Assembly (NCBI GenBank): GCA_041946805.1
Contig: JBHGBC010000073.1
Location: forward strand, 1 to 28,191
Length of the DNA: 28,191 bases
DNA from: a bacterium
GTDB taxonomy: Bacteria; Hinthialibacterota; Hinthialibacteria; Hinthialibacterales; Hinthialibacteraceae
Reading direction: 5' to 3'
Shown: one piece after another, positions 15,362 through 25,573 of the stretch
How the letters are laid out: each line of letters starts with the position of its first letter
Numbering within the stretch: the first letter of the stretch is position 1
The notes under the pieces: generated by a model
Database searches by the model: none
The model's input: only the letters and a program-made list of their open reading frames with translations
What the model was told of the DNA's origin: nothing
Translations under genes and position numbers: made by a program

Positions 15362-17078
15362 GGTTTGATTCCTGATTCACCGGTAAACAAATCGTGGCCG
15401 TGGTCCCCTGGCCCGGCTCGCTGGCGATTTCCAGGGTTCCCCCCAGGTCCTGGATGGTGCCATACGAGACATACAAGCCCAAGCCGGTGCCTTTGCCAAC
15501 CGTCTTGGTGGTGTAGAACGGTTCGAAGATATGGGGGAGGTCTTCCGGGCGGATGCCCGCGCCGTTGTCGGTCACCCGGATGGTGATGATCCCGTTGGCG
15601 TGCGCGGTCCGCACGCGGATGCGCGGCGCGTCGTGGACCTCCTCCAGCGCGTCGGCGGCGTTGAGCAGGAGGTTGAAGACCACCCGCTCGACGCCCTCGG
15701 CGTCGGTGACCGTGAGGGGGAGGGATTCGTCCAGTTCCTCCATCAGGGTGATCCGGGACGCCTTGGCGTGGATGAGTTCAACCGCCTGGCGGACCGGCTG
15801 GTTGAGATCACAGAGCGCGCGCGCCGGAATGGGCTTGCGGGAGAAGTTCAGCAGGCTTTGGATGATGTCCTTGCAGCGCCGGGTTTGGCCGTGAATGGTG
15901 GCGAGGAATTCTTCCAGCTCGGCGCGGTAGGGGCAATCGCGCAGGTCCGGGGACTGGCGCAGAATGTCCTGGGCTTCGTGCGCCAGGATGTTGATGGTTC
16001 CCAGGGGAGTGTTGATTTCGTGCGCGACGCCGGCGGCCAGCTGGCCGATCGCCGCCAGTTTCTGGGCCTGCGCCCATTGCTCCTGGTTTTTCTTCTGTTC
16101 GGTTACATCCAGAATCATCACCACCATCCGCACCTGTTCGCCCCGCGCGTCGCTAATGGGATTGACGACGATTTCAAAGTCGCGGACGCCTTGCGCGAGT
16201 GTGGGCAGCCGTGTTTCGAAATAATGCGCGGTTTCACTTCCGGATCCTTTCCCCCCCGCGCGCGCCGGGATCCGGCGGGCGGCTTGGCTGACCCGGTAGC
16301 AGGCCCGCGTTTCGTCCATCCCTTCCGGCCCGAACCAGGCCTGCACCCGGTCGTTGGCCCACTCCACCCGCTGGCCGCCATCCAGCACCAGCATGCCCGC
16401 TTCCACGTGGCGCAGGATGTTGTCGAGCTTGTGGAGTTCCAATTCGGCTTGCTGGCGGGCGGCGCGGACTTCGAGTTCCTGGCGGCGCAGGTCGCGCATG
16501 ATCACCGAAACGGAATAGGCGGTGAGCAGGGTGGTCAGGACGAAGCTGAACGGCGCGCCGACCACGTGGAAGGGCAATTCGCCCATTTTCAGCAGCCCCT
16601 CGCCGCTGAGGCGCATGTCGATGGGGATCACCCGGGGCGAGAGGCCCTGCAAGCCGAACGCGCCCAGGACCATCAAGGTGATGATCAGGCTCTGCCAGCG
16701 GCTGAGGGTGATCCAGGCGGTGATGACGACGAAGAAATAGACCGTGAAGAAAGGATTCAAAAATCCGCCGGTGAAAAACAAAGCCAAGGATAGAAAGAGG
16801 ATATCGAGGATGATTTGGTGAAACGCGATCTGAGGATTGTATGGCCGTTTCTCCAGCCGACGGGCGAAATACCAATTGTACAGCTCCACGCCGGCCGCCA
16901 GCAGCATCAGAATTCCCACGGGGATGTGGATTCCCAAAACATAGCGGCCGATCACCGCCGCGGCGGCCATCCCCCCGGCGGCGTAGCGGCGCAAGCCGGC
17001 CAGCCAGATCAGCCGTTGGCGCTGGATCGATTCATCATCGGGGAGAAGAGGGATCAACGGTTCCTGGGCCATCGCCAT
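15339..17078 (-). CDS. Membrane sensor histidine kinase (RegB/PilS-like 6-TM domain + PAS + DHp/CA)
   Basis: About 6 TM helices with TGGFLNPF; PAS-like region; H-box AAGVAHEINTPL; N-box NLLLNAADA; DNGAGI, IFEPFYTTK, GTGLGL. Overlaps the start of the regulator gene. Confidence 0.93.
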   Translation of the reverse strand: MAMAQEPLIPLLPDDESIQRQRLIWLAGLRRYAAGGMAAAAVIGRYVLGIHIPVGILMLLAAGVELYNWYFARRLEKRPYNPQIAFHQIILDILFLSLALFFTGGFLNPFFTVYFFVVITAWITLSRWQSLIITLMVLGAFGLQGLSPRVIPIDMRLSGEGLLKMGELPFHVVGAPFSFVLTTLLTAYSVSVIMRDLRRQELEVRAARQQAELELHKLDNILRHVEAGMLVLDGGQRVEWANDRVQAWFGPEGMDETRACYRVSQAARRIPARAGGKGSGSETAHYFETRLPTLAQGVRDFEIVVNPISDARGEQVRMVVMILDVTEQKKNQEQWAQAQKLAAIGQLAAGVAHEINTPLGTINILAHEAQDILRQSPDLRDCPYRAELEEFLATIHGQTRRCKDIIQSLLNFSRKPIPARALCDLNQPVRQAVELIHAKASRITLMEELDESLPLTVTDAEGVERVVFNLLLNAADALEEVHDAPRIRVRTAHANGIITIRVTDNGAGIRPEDLPHIFEPFYTTKTVGKGTGLGLYVSYGTIQDLGGTLEIASEPGQGTTATICLPVNQESNHGNHLAG

Positions 17079-17159
17079 CCCGCGGTTGGTTTTGCCTTAT
17101 TGTACCACGGGATTCGCGCAACGGGGGGCTCCTCATTCCTGGCGGTTTGGGATTCCTTC

Positions 17160-18086
<927 letters not shown>

Positions 18087-18142
18087 GCTTGACTCCCTGC
18101 CCCATGGGCCTGGTTTCCGGATTATGGGCCGCTCCGCTTTCT

Positions 18143-20917
18143 TTACTCGGCGCCGGAGGAATACGGCTTTGGCTTTTCTTCCACCGCGTCCACGTACCGG
18201 CCCAGAAAAACGCCGCCCGATTCCGTGCCGAAATTGATGCTCAACTCCACCAGCAGGTTGGCGGGATTGATTTGGATCGTCCGGTTGGGCGGGGCTTTCA
18301 ATTTCATCGCCATCACGCTGGAGATTTTGTCCACGTAGCGGCCGGGATTGATCAGGTAGCCGTCCCCGTCCGCGATGGCGGACAGCGGATCGTACTTCAC
18401 CTCGTAGAGGTTCTGGAGAAAGAGTTCGTACTCCCACGAGGCGGGTTTCCCCTTCACCAGTTCAAAGGGCGCGGCGGAGGGCGCGGCGGAGGGGGCGAAG
18501 GGAAAGCCCATATCGCCGTAGCGGGCCTCGATTTTGAGGGATTCGATTTTTCCGCCGGTGAGAGGGATCTCCGTGGTGAGGTCCCAGACAATTTCCTGGT
18601 TGTTGGAGCCCTGCAGTTGCATGATTCCATTTCCGGGAAACGGGCCGCCGCCATAGGGCATGCCCCGCGGGATGGGGCCGCCGCGCGGGGGAGCGAAGCC
18701 GTAGCCCCCTCCGAAAACGGGAAGGGCCGAGGAAACATAGCGCCAGGCGTTGGGATCCAGAATCAGCCGGCCTTGAAGCGGTTTGCGGAGAGGCAGCACC
18801 ACGCACAGCAAGGTCTCGCCCCGGGGCGACACGGGAACACCGTTCATGCGGAAACGCAGGGGAGGCATCTCGAGCCGGGCCGTCAGCAGGACCTGCCCCG
18901 CGGAGGGATTCTCTTCGAAGAAACACCGGCCGTACTGGTATTTCAGGTTCTCCTGGATGAAGCGCGCGGGATCCCGTTCGTATTGTTGATAATTGGAAAA
19001 GGGGGCGCGGGGCATGCGCATCATGCGCAGGCCGCGGTCATCGGGCAGAGGGTGGGCGGCCCAGTTTTCATCCAGGGTGAGCGTTGCGCCGCCGGCCAGG
19101 CTTTCGAACTGATATTCGGCGTTCAGGGTGTGCAGGGTGGGATTGACCAGCGTCATGCCGGTCCGGTTGGTGATCGAACCGCTCAGGCGGTTGTTGTTTT
19201 CCCAGCGCAAATTCACGTCCACGCCCTCCCCGAGAGAGACCTCGTGCTGGGCCTTGAGCAAACGCTGGGACCAATGGTAGATCAAATAATCCTCGACGAG
19301 GGTGGCGCCGTCCAGGTACTGGATACTCAAGGTCTCGTCCGCGGCGGGCCCGCCGCTCCGGGCGCGGTCGACATCGGGCAATTGCGGATAGGCGGCTGGA
19401 TCGTCGAAGCGGATGGTGTACCACTTGCGGACCGGAGAATAGATGGAGCAATAGGTGGTGGCGGTCCCCACGGCGCTGGAGGGGCGCGCCTCCACGACAC
19501 TGATTTCGTTGACCGCCACGCTGCCCTGCTGGCGCAGCGCGCCGATGTAATAGGCCCCGTAGGCGAACACCACCGCCCAGATAGGCACCGTGAACCACGC
19601 CCATTCCAGGCGGCCGATCATCCGGAAGACCAGGTAATTGACGGGCACGACCAGGAGTATGTAGATGCCCAAGTACACGGCGATGAACCAGGTGCTGGGC
19701 AGCTCCGCCTGGATCATCCAGCGGAGGAAGCCGAGGATGTCCTGATCCAACAGGCCGGGCACTTTCGAGTTGAAGGCCAGGGGGCCCTCGCACAAGTATT
19801 CCTTGAAGATGAACTCATGCGCCGGGTCCTGGAACAGGGGGGTGTCGATCCGGGCGGCGCAGAAGACCACCCGGCCCGCGCCCCAGGGCCGTTCCACCAG
19901 GAAGGGATGCTCCCCGGCCCGCAGGCGCACGCGGATTTGGGGATCGGGCAGCAGTTCCCCCGTGGCGATCACCGTCCCTGCCGAGAGCACGGGAGTGGCG
20001 TTTTCGCCGGGAGCGTCCAGCGCCGTCCCGGAATCCAGCGCCAGGGAGCCCGTGAGGGTCATGGGGATATACAACCGGAAGGGGGAGGCGTTCAGTTCCT
20101 GCCAGTATTGTCCCGCGGCCAGCACCAGCGAGCCGCCGGCCTGGATCCAATCCTCCAGCGCCTTCACCTGTCCGGGCGCGAGGGCGGCCACCGGCCCGCC
20201 GTCCCAGATCACCACATCCACGTTCTGGTAGCCGAAGATGTTTTGGGGCAAGTGGGCCGGGGTGGTGTACAGCACCCGCCGGAAGAGCTCCACGTTCTCT
20301 TCCTCCGTGCGGTGGGCGAAATGGTCGTGCGATCCCCGTTCCGGGCTGATGACGGCGATGAAGCGGTTGGTGGTCTGATAGGCGGTGGAGACGGTGACGA
20401 CCTGGACGGGGATTTCCCGCCGCGGGGTGGCCACGTAAAACTCCAGTTCGTCCAGCAATTCCGGGACGTACACCATCAGGCTGTAGGATTTTTTGGTGTT
20501 TGCCGGCAGGTCGATGGGCGTGGAATAGGTGACCGTGCCCTGCTTCAAGCGGACCAGCAGGCGGCCGGTGAAATCGTCCCGGCGGTTGGTCAACTCCACG
20601 GTCAGGGGAACCCAGGAGTAATCCCGCCGGTACGGCCAGTCAGGGTCCAGGCCGATGCTGACCTTGGCGGTGATGGGATCCTGGTCGCTGAAGGTCACGG
20701 TCCGGCCGCTTTCCGCCGCCCCGGCCAGCGAGGCCAGGGCCAGCACCGCGAGCAGCCACCCGCCGAGCGCTCCGGCCCGTTTGAACTGGAGGGGCGTGGA
20801 AATCAAAAAGGCCGCGGGAAACAGCGGAATGGACAAGGTGCGTATCCGGTTGGAATGGCAGACCACAGTCAAAGCGTTCGTCCCCCTCGCGCGCGTCCTG
20901 GAGACAAAAATTCCCAC
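18143..20917 (-). CDS. Large ABC-associated membrane protein with class I glutamine-amidotransferase-like extracytoplasmic domain, function unknown
   Basis: Signal-like WLLAVLALASLAGA|AES; WVPLTVELTN beta domain; VDVVIWDG..QVKALEDWIQAGGSLVL..WGAGRVVF fold; TM hairpin YILLVVPVNYLVF..RLEWAWFTVP; long C-terminal beta region. The true start may lie about 100 nt inside the track's start. Confidence 0.75.
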   Translation of the reverse strand: MGIFVSRTRARGTNALTVVCHSNRIRTLSIPLFPAAFLISTPLQFKRAGALGGWLLAVLALASLAGAAESGRTVTFSDQDPITAKVSIGLDPDWPYRRDYSWVPLTVELTNRRDDFTGRLLVRLKQGTVTYSTPIDLPANTKKSYSLMVYVPELLDELEFYVATPRREIPVQVVTVSTAYQTTNRFIAVISPERGSHDHFAHRTEEENVELFRRVLYTTPAHLPQNIFGYQNVDVVIWDGGPVAALAPGQVKALEDWIQAGGSLVLAAGQYWQELNASPFRLYIPMTLTGSLALDSGTALDAPGENATPVLSAGTVIATGELLPDPQIRVRLRAGEHPFLVERPWGAGRVVFCAARIDTPLFQDPAHEFIFKEYLCEGPLAFNSKVPGLLDQDILGFLRWMIQAELPSTWFIAVYLGIYILLVVPVNYLVFRMIGRLEWAWFTVPIWAVVFAYGAYYIGALRQQGSVAVNEISVVEARPSSAVGTATTYCSIYSPVRKWYTIRFDDPAAYPQLPDVDRARSGGPAADETLSIQYLDGATLVEDYLIYHWSQRLLKAQHEVSLGEGVDVNLRWENNNRLSGSITNRTGMTLVNPTLHTLNAEYQFESLAGGATLTLDENWAAHPLPDDRGLRMMRMPRAPFSNYQQYERDPARFIQENLKYQYGRCFFEENPSAGQVLLTARLEMPPLRFRMNGVPVSPRGETLLCVVLPLRKPLQGRLILDPNAWRYVSSALPVFGGGYGFAPPRGGPIPRGMPYGGGPFPGNGIMQLQGSNNQEIVWDLTTEIPLTGGKIESLKIEARYGDMGFPFAPSAAPSAAPFELVKGKPASWEYELFLQNLYEVKYDPLSAIADGDGYLINPGRYVDKISSVMAMKLKAPPNRTIQINPANLLVELSINFGTESGGVFLGRYVDAVEEKPKPYSSGAE

Positions 20918-20985
20918 TTACGATACCTTGGTATCTGTACCAAGAATAGACAAAAAAAGGGATTTTGTCAGAGGGGAGGAAGCGG

Positions 20986-22863
20986 ATGCCATCCGATTCG
21001 CGCGGCGGTTGGTCCTCGCCGCTCTTGTCCCGGGAGTTGCGGAGTTTTTTACGGACCGCCCGCCCGTTTTGGATCTTGTTTTTCTTTCTGGCGCTGCTGG
21101 TGGGGACCGGATTGCTGAGTTGGGGGCAGTTGCGCCTGGCCTGGTCCCCGGCGAGCGACAACACCGCGGCCATGCGCCGCATGTTTTTCACCCTGGCCCA
21201 AGGGCATCTCTATTTTCTGGTGTTTTTCATCCCCTTCCTGACCGCCCCGGCCGTGGTCGGTGAGCGGGAAAACGGCACGTTGGAACTGCTGCTTTCCTCC
21301 CCGCTTTCCACGGCGCAGGTGATCGTGGCCAAGCTGCTGGCGCCGCTGGGTTTCGTTTTCCTGCTGCTGCTCGCGGGCGCGCCGGTGTTGGCCTTGTGCC
21401 TGATCGGGGGCGGTTTGTCGCTCCAAGAAATCGCCTCGGTGTATCACTATTTTCTGCGCATTACCCTGGCGTATGGAGCGCTGGGGCTGTTTTGTTCCAC
21501 CCTCTTCGCCAAGACGTGGCAGGTGATGCTGGCCACGGCGTTCCTGACGCTGTTCCTGGTGGTGGGGCTGCCGTATCATGGGTCGCTCTGGCAGTTGATC
21601 CGTCCTCTGTTTTTCTGGAGCACCGACCGGTACCACTGGGCCGCGTTTCTGTCGGAACGTTTCCAAGGATTGTACGAAATGAACCACGGTCTGCTGATTT
21701 TGAATCCCTTCGTGGCCTTCGGGAGCATGCACCGGCTCAATACGCCCGTCACCAATCCCTCCGCCGCCTTAGCCGGCTTTCTAAACCTGGAGGCGCAGGC
21801 CTTGTTGTTCTCCTATTTCGCCTTCAAGCGGATGCAACACGCCACCGTGTTTCCCCCTGTCCGTCCCTGGCGGGCGCGCCCGCGGGAGGAAGATGAAATC
21901 CGCCGCCCCAGCCTGTTTTTCCGGGATCTGACCCGGGATTTCCCGGGCCGGTTCGCCGCCGGGAATGAGAACGCCGGCCCGCTGTTGGAGCAGCGGCTGC
22001 AGTGGTTCGCCCGCTCGCCGGGATTGATCCGGATGGGATACACGGGGGTGATCTTCTCGTTCTTGATCCTCCCTATCGCCGCCTACGAAAGCACGCTGGT
22101 GTTTTTCGCGTTCCCCTTTCTGTTCACGCTGCTGTTCACGCTGCCCGTCACCGCCACCCGCATCGGGGTGGAACGCGAGCAGGGAACCCTGGACCTCCTG
22201 CGCACGACCCTGTTGCCCATGCGGGATTTTGTCCAGGCGAAATACAAAACCTGCCTGAGTTACAGCCTGGTGTGCGCCTACTCCCTGTATCTGCCGGGAA
22301 TGATCGCGCGCTTGTTGTACGGATGGGCAGGGGGGCCCAGGGCGGTCTTTGCGTACAAGGCCCACGACACCATCGTCTTGTTGCTCTTTCCGTTGTTCCT
22401 CTACGGCGTCATCCGCTTTTACACGGCCCTGGCCTTATTGGGATCGGCCTGGTTCCGCCGGTCCAGCCGGGCGTTGATGTTCATCGGGGCGGCGGTCATG
22501 TTGACCATCGTCCTGCCTTTCCTGGGCTTTACCCTGGGCGTTTCCCCCCCGCCGCTCCTGCCGCGCGGAACCACCATCCCGGTGGATTCACCCTTCCGGG
22601 TGGGATTCGGAACCCTGGGCAAGCTGGCGTTTCTGTTCGCCCCGGTGGTGGGTTTCCTGGCCCTCATGCCGCGCAACCAGTTGAAAATGGTGGGATTCCA
22701 CTTTCCGGAAGCGGTGGGCTTTCCCTTCGTCCCGCTGGTCAAGAATCAATTGCCCCTGGAAGCGTACGCGTTCGTGGCGGCTCAGGCCGCCGTATTGATT
22801 TTGGGATCTGTATGGTTCACGCGCCTTACCGTCCGGGCCATGATTCGTCATGATGAGGGGTGA
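20986..22863 (+). CDS. ABC-2 type permease with internal duplication (paralog 1)
   Basis: PLLSRELRS..R, APAVVGERENGTLELLLSSPLS..QVIVAKL and second repeat IGVEREQGTLDLLRTTLL....VQAK; many TM helices; RBS GGAGG before ATG 20986. Confidence 0.88.
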   Translation: MPSDSRGGWSSPLLSRELRSFLRTARPFWILFFFLALLVGTGLLSWGQLRLAWSPASDNTAAMRRMFFTLAQGHLYFLVFFIPFLTAPAVVGERENGTLELLLSSPLSTAQVIVAKLLAPLGFVFLLLLAGAPVLALCLIGGGLSLQEIASVYHYFLRITLAYGALGLFCSTLFAKTWQVMLATAFLTLFLVVGLPYHGSLWQLIRPLFFWSTDRYHWAAFLSERFQGLYEMNHGLLILNPFVAFGSMHRLNTPVTNPSAALAGFLNLEAQALLFSYFAFKRMQHATVFPPVRPWRARPREEDEIRRPSLFFRDLTRDFPGRFAAGNENAGPLLEQRLQWFARSPGLIRMGYTGVIFSFLILPIAAYESTLVFFAFPFLFTLLFTLPVTATRIGVEREQGTLDLLRTTLLPMRDFVQAKYKTCLSYSLVCAYSLYLPGMIARLLYGWAGGPRAVFAYKAHDTIVLLLFPLFLYGVIRFYTALALLGSAWFRRSSRALMFIGAAVMLTIVLPFLGFTLGVSPPPLLPRGTTIPVDSPFRVGFGTLGKLAFLFAPVVGFLALMPRNQLKMVGFHFPEAVGFPFVPLVKNQLPLEAYAFVAAQAAVLILGSVWFTRLTVRAMIRHDEG

Positions 22864-22954
22864 CAGGCGGGTGAGTGAGGAAAATCCCTGAACAAGGTAC
22901 AATATTCCAGGCGCCCGTCGCCTTCACCACGGATAGGGATTCAGAAAACCGGCC

Positions 22955-24709
22955 ATGACATCACCGCGACACGAATACCCGGCGCTGATCTCCCCCCTGC
23001 TGATCCGGGAATTGCGGATTTTATTGCGCAGCCGCAAGTCGTTTCTGTGTTTATTCATTTTTCTGGCCGCGCTGCTGGTGGTGGTCGGCCAGAACTGGAT
23101 GGTGTTCGTGGATTATTGGCGTCCGGGGCGGGACATCGCCGCCGGGGCCCGGCTGCTCTTCTATTATCTGGCCCGGGGGCATTTGCTCTTGATCCTGTTC
23201 CTGATGCCGATCCTCATCGCGCCCTCCATCGTGGAAGAGCGGGAGAAGATGACGCTGGATTTGCTGCTTTCCTCACCCATCTCGGTGCTGCATCTGGTCC
23301 TGGTGAAACTGATCGCGCCCTTGTTGTACGTCTGTTTGCTGCTGACTGCGTCCATTCCGGTGCTGGCGCTCTGTTTTTTGGGGGGCGGGCTGGGATTCGA
23401 CGACGTGCTGCGCACCTATTTGTTGCTGCTGGCGACCACCGGGTTGTTCGCCTGCCTGGGACTGTTTTGTTCGACGCTGCGTCCCCGGGTGTATGAGGTG
23501 TACCTGATCGCCGTGGCCCTCACTGTGACCTGGGGTTTGTTGATACCTTATCATGGGAGCGTGTGGTATTTCCTATCGGAGGTTTCCTGGAAAGACGATC
23601 CCACGATCAACCACTATTTCCAATATTTCAGCCCCTTTTTCACGTTGAACCAGTTGCTGGGCGGCCCGGGGGCGTTCCGGCGGCGGGAATTCCCGCTGCT
23701 GGTGTTCATTCTGTTGTCGGCGGGCGCGAGCGTTTTGTTGTTGGCGCTGACCACGCGGATGGTCCGGCTCATCTCGGTGGGGGCGGGTTTCGGGAGCCGC
23801 GTGGAGGAGGGGGACCGCGGTCCGGATGGCGAAGTGTTCATCCCCCGGGAGCGGGATTACGCCATCACCTTTCAAACGACCTCGGAGGAGGGGAATCCGG
23901 GCCTGGTGCTGGAGCGGCGGGTCCAGTGGTTCGCCCGCCTGCCGGTGCTGGTCCGGCTGTTTTACGGGGCGCTGATGATCTCGGTGATGACCTTGCCTCT
24001 GGCGTCGTACAACGGATCCTGGCTTTTTCTCTCCCTGCCGTTCATCTCGGCGGCCTTCTTCACCCTGCCGCTGGCCGCCACCAGCATCAGTTCCGATCAG
24101 GAGCGCGAGACCCTGGGGCTGTTGCGGACCACGCTGTTGAGCGCGCGGCAGATCGTGCAGGCGAAATTCACCACCAGCCTGCAATACAGTTTCACGATCG
24201 CCCTGGCGTTGTATCTGCCGGGCATGACCATCCAGCTGATCTGCGGCTACCTGGGGTACGAGGTCGACCTGGCCACCAACCAGGCCGACACCCTGGCCAT
24301 GGTATCCTACCCATTTTTGCTCTTTGTCTCCTTGGTGCTGTACACCGCCTGGGGTCTGTTTTGTTCGGCGTATTTCCGGTACACCAACCGGGCCCTGGCG
24401 GTGTCGGGGGTGGTGATCCTGGCCACGCTGGTCGCGCCATTCCTGATTCCGCGGATCAACTTGTCCATGTTTTCGGCGCTGTCGTACCTGTTGACGTTCG
24501 GATTCATGTTTCTCAGCCCCCTGGCCGGGATCTCGACATTATTTCCGGAAGGCAGTATAAAATACCTTGGGCGCTCGATGATCGAAAACCATCCCCGGAT
24601 CGAGGTTTCATACCAGTTCACTCTCATGCAATGCCTTTTTTTCGCCGCGCTGACGGTTTTTCTGATCCGGAAAACCATTGAAACGTTGGAAAATCAAGAC
24701 GAAAAGTGA
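22955..24709 (+). CDS. ABC-2 type permease with internal duplication (paralog 2)
   Basis: PLLIRELRI..R, APSIVEEREKMTLDLLLSSP and ISSDQERETLGLLRTTLL...IVQAK; shares PYHGS.W and LE.R.QWFAR.P.L.R with the upstream gene. Confidence 0.88.
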   Translation: MTSPRHEYPALISPLLIRELRILLRSRKSFLCLFIFLAALLVVVGQNWMVFVDYWRPGRDIAAGARLLFYYLARGHLLLILFLMPILIAPSIVEEREKMTLDLLLSSPISVLHLVLVKLIAPLLYVCLLLTASIPVLALCFLGGGLGFDDVLRTYLLLLATTGLFACLGLFCSTLRPRVYEVYLIAVALTVTWGLLIPYHGSVWYFLSEVSWKDDPTINHYFQYFSPFFTLNQLLGGPGAFRRREFPLLVFILLSAGASVLLLALTTRMVRLISVGAGFGSRVEEGDRGPDGEVFIPRERDYAITFQTTSEEGNPGLVLERRVQWFARLPVLVRLFYGALMISVMTLPLASYNGSWLFLSLPFISAAFFTLPLAATSISSDQERETLGLLRTTLLSARQIVQAKFTTSLQYSFTIALALYLPGMTIQLICGYLGYEVDLATNQADTLAMVSYPFLLFVSLVLYTAWGLFCSAYFRYTNRALAVSGVVILATLVAPFLIPRINLSMFSALSYLLTFGFMFLSPLAGISTLFPEGSIKYLGRSMIENHPRIEVSYQFTLMQCLFFAALTVFLIRKTIETLENQDEK

Positions 24710-24749
24710 TTGGAATACCTTGTCAGAAAAAATTTCGAATGATATCGTT

Positions 24750-25427
24750 ATGGCAGTGGATCATCGAACCCGAATGCAACGCCATTATCGCATTCAGTGG
24801 TGTCTCTTGCAACCTCTCGTAAGGAGTTACTTTCGGCTGACGGCTCAGGGTCTTGAACATATTCCCCCAACGGGTCCTGTCCTTCTGGCGGCCAATCATT
24901 GCAGTTTTCTGGATCCGCCGTTGATCGCTCTCGCCATCCCACGGCAAATCACGTTCCTCGCGAAGGAGGAATTGTTTTCCGTACCAATCCTCAGTTGGTG
25001 GATTCGATGGATGGGGACCTACCCCGTGTCGCGGGGGGAAGGGGACCTGCGAGCCATCCGCACCGTCATCCGCCTGATGGAAAACCACAAGGCGTTGCTG
25101 ATTTTTCCCGAAGGCACGCGCAGCCTGGATGGAAAGTTGCACCCCTTGGAGAACGGATTGGCCTGGATGGCCCTGAAGACCGGCGCGCCCGTGGTTCCGG
25201 TTTATCTGTCCGGCACCTTTGAGGCGATGCCCAGTCATGCCCGCTTTCCCCGCCCCCGCCGGGTGCGGATGCGAGTGGGTCCAGTCTTGCGTCCAGAGGC
25301 GGTGGAGGGGAAAAAAATCGGCGCGGAACGGGTGCGGGCCTTCACGGAAGCGATCGAAAAATCCCTGCGGGCGTTGGGGGCGGTGATCCCGAATTCGGCA
25401 ACCGTTGACAAAAAACAGCCTGGATGA
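24750..25427 (+). CDS. plsC: 1-acyl-sn-glycerol-3-phosphate acyltransferase
   Basis: NHCSFLD (HX4D), FLAKEELF, IFPEGTRS, PVVPV; directly upstream of rpsA. Start uncertain (ATG 24750 or an upstream TTG). Confidence 0.88.
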   Translation: MAVDHRTRMQRHYRIQWCLLQPLVRSYFRLTAQGLEHIPPTGPVLLAANHCSFLDPPLIALAIPRQITFLAKEELFSVPILSWWIRWMGTYPVSRGEGDLRAIRTVIRLMENHKALLIFPEGTRSLDGKLHPLENGLAWMALKTGAPVVPVYLSGTFEAMPSHARFPRPRRVRMRVGPVLRPEAVEGKKIGAERVRAFTEAIEKSLRALGAVIPNSATVDKKQPG

Positions 25428-25439
25428 AATTCGGAGAAC

Positions 25440-25468
25440 CTTACAAGGCGGTAAAATCAATGTAGAAT
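25440..25468 (+). promoter_or_regulatory. Possible sigma70 promoter for rpsA
   Basis: CTTACA, 17-nt spacer, TAGAAT about 105 nt upstream of the rpsA ATG. Confidence 0.35.
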
Positions 25469-25573
25469 CCATCCGGCGCCGGACCGCCACGGGCAACCGG
25501 GCGGCGGGGCCGTGGCCATAGGGGAACCACACGGAACCCTTTCACGAAACGAAAACTGGAGGCCGTAAGCCAG

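Noticed and set aside
18089..21118. Long antisense ORFs (18089..21118, 10642..12597, 14015..15586, 2108..3835, 5105..6532, 25649..26992 and similar)
   Set aside because: Shadow frames of well-supported genes in high-GC DNA with no recognisable motifs.
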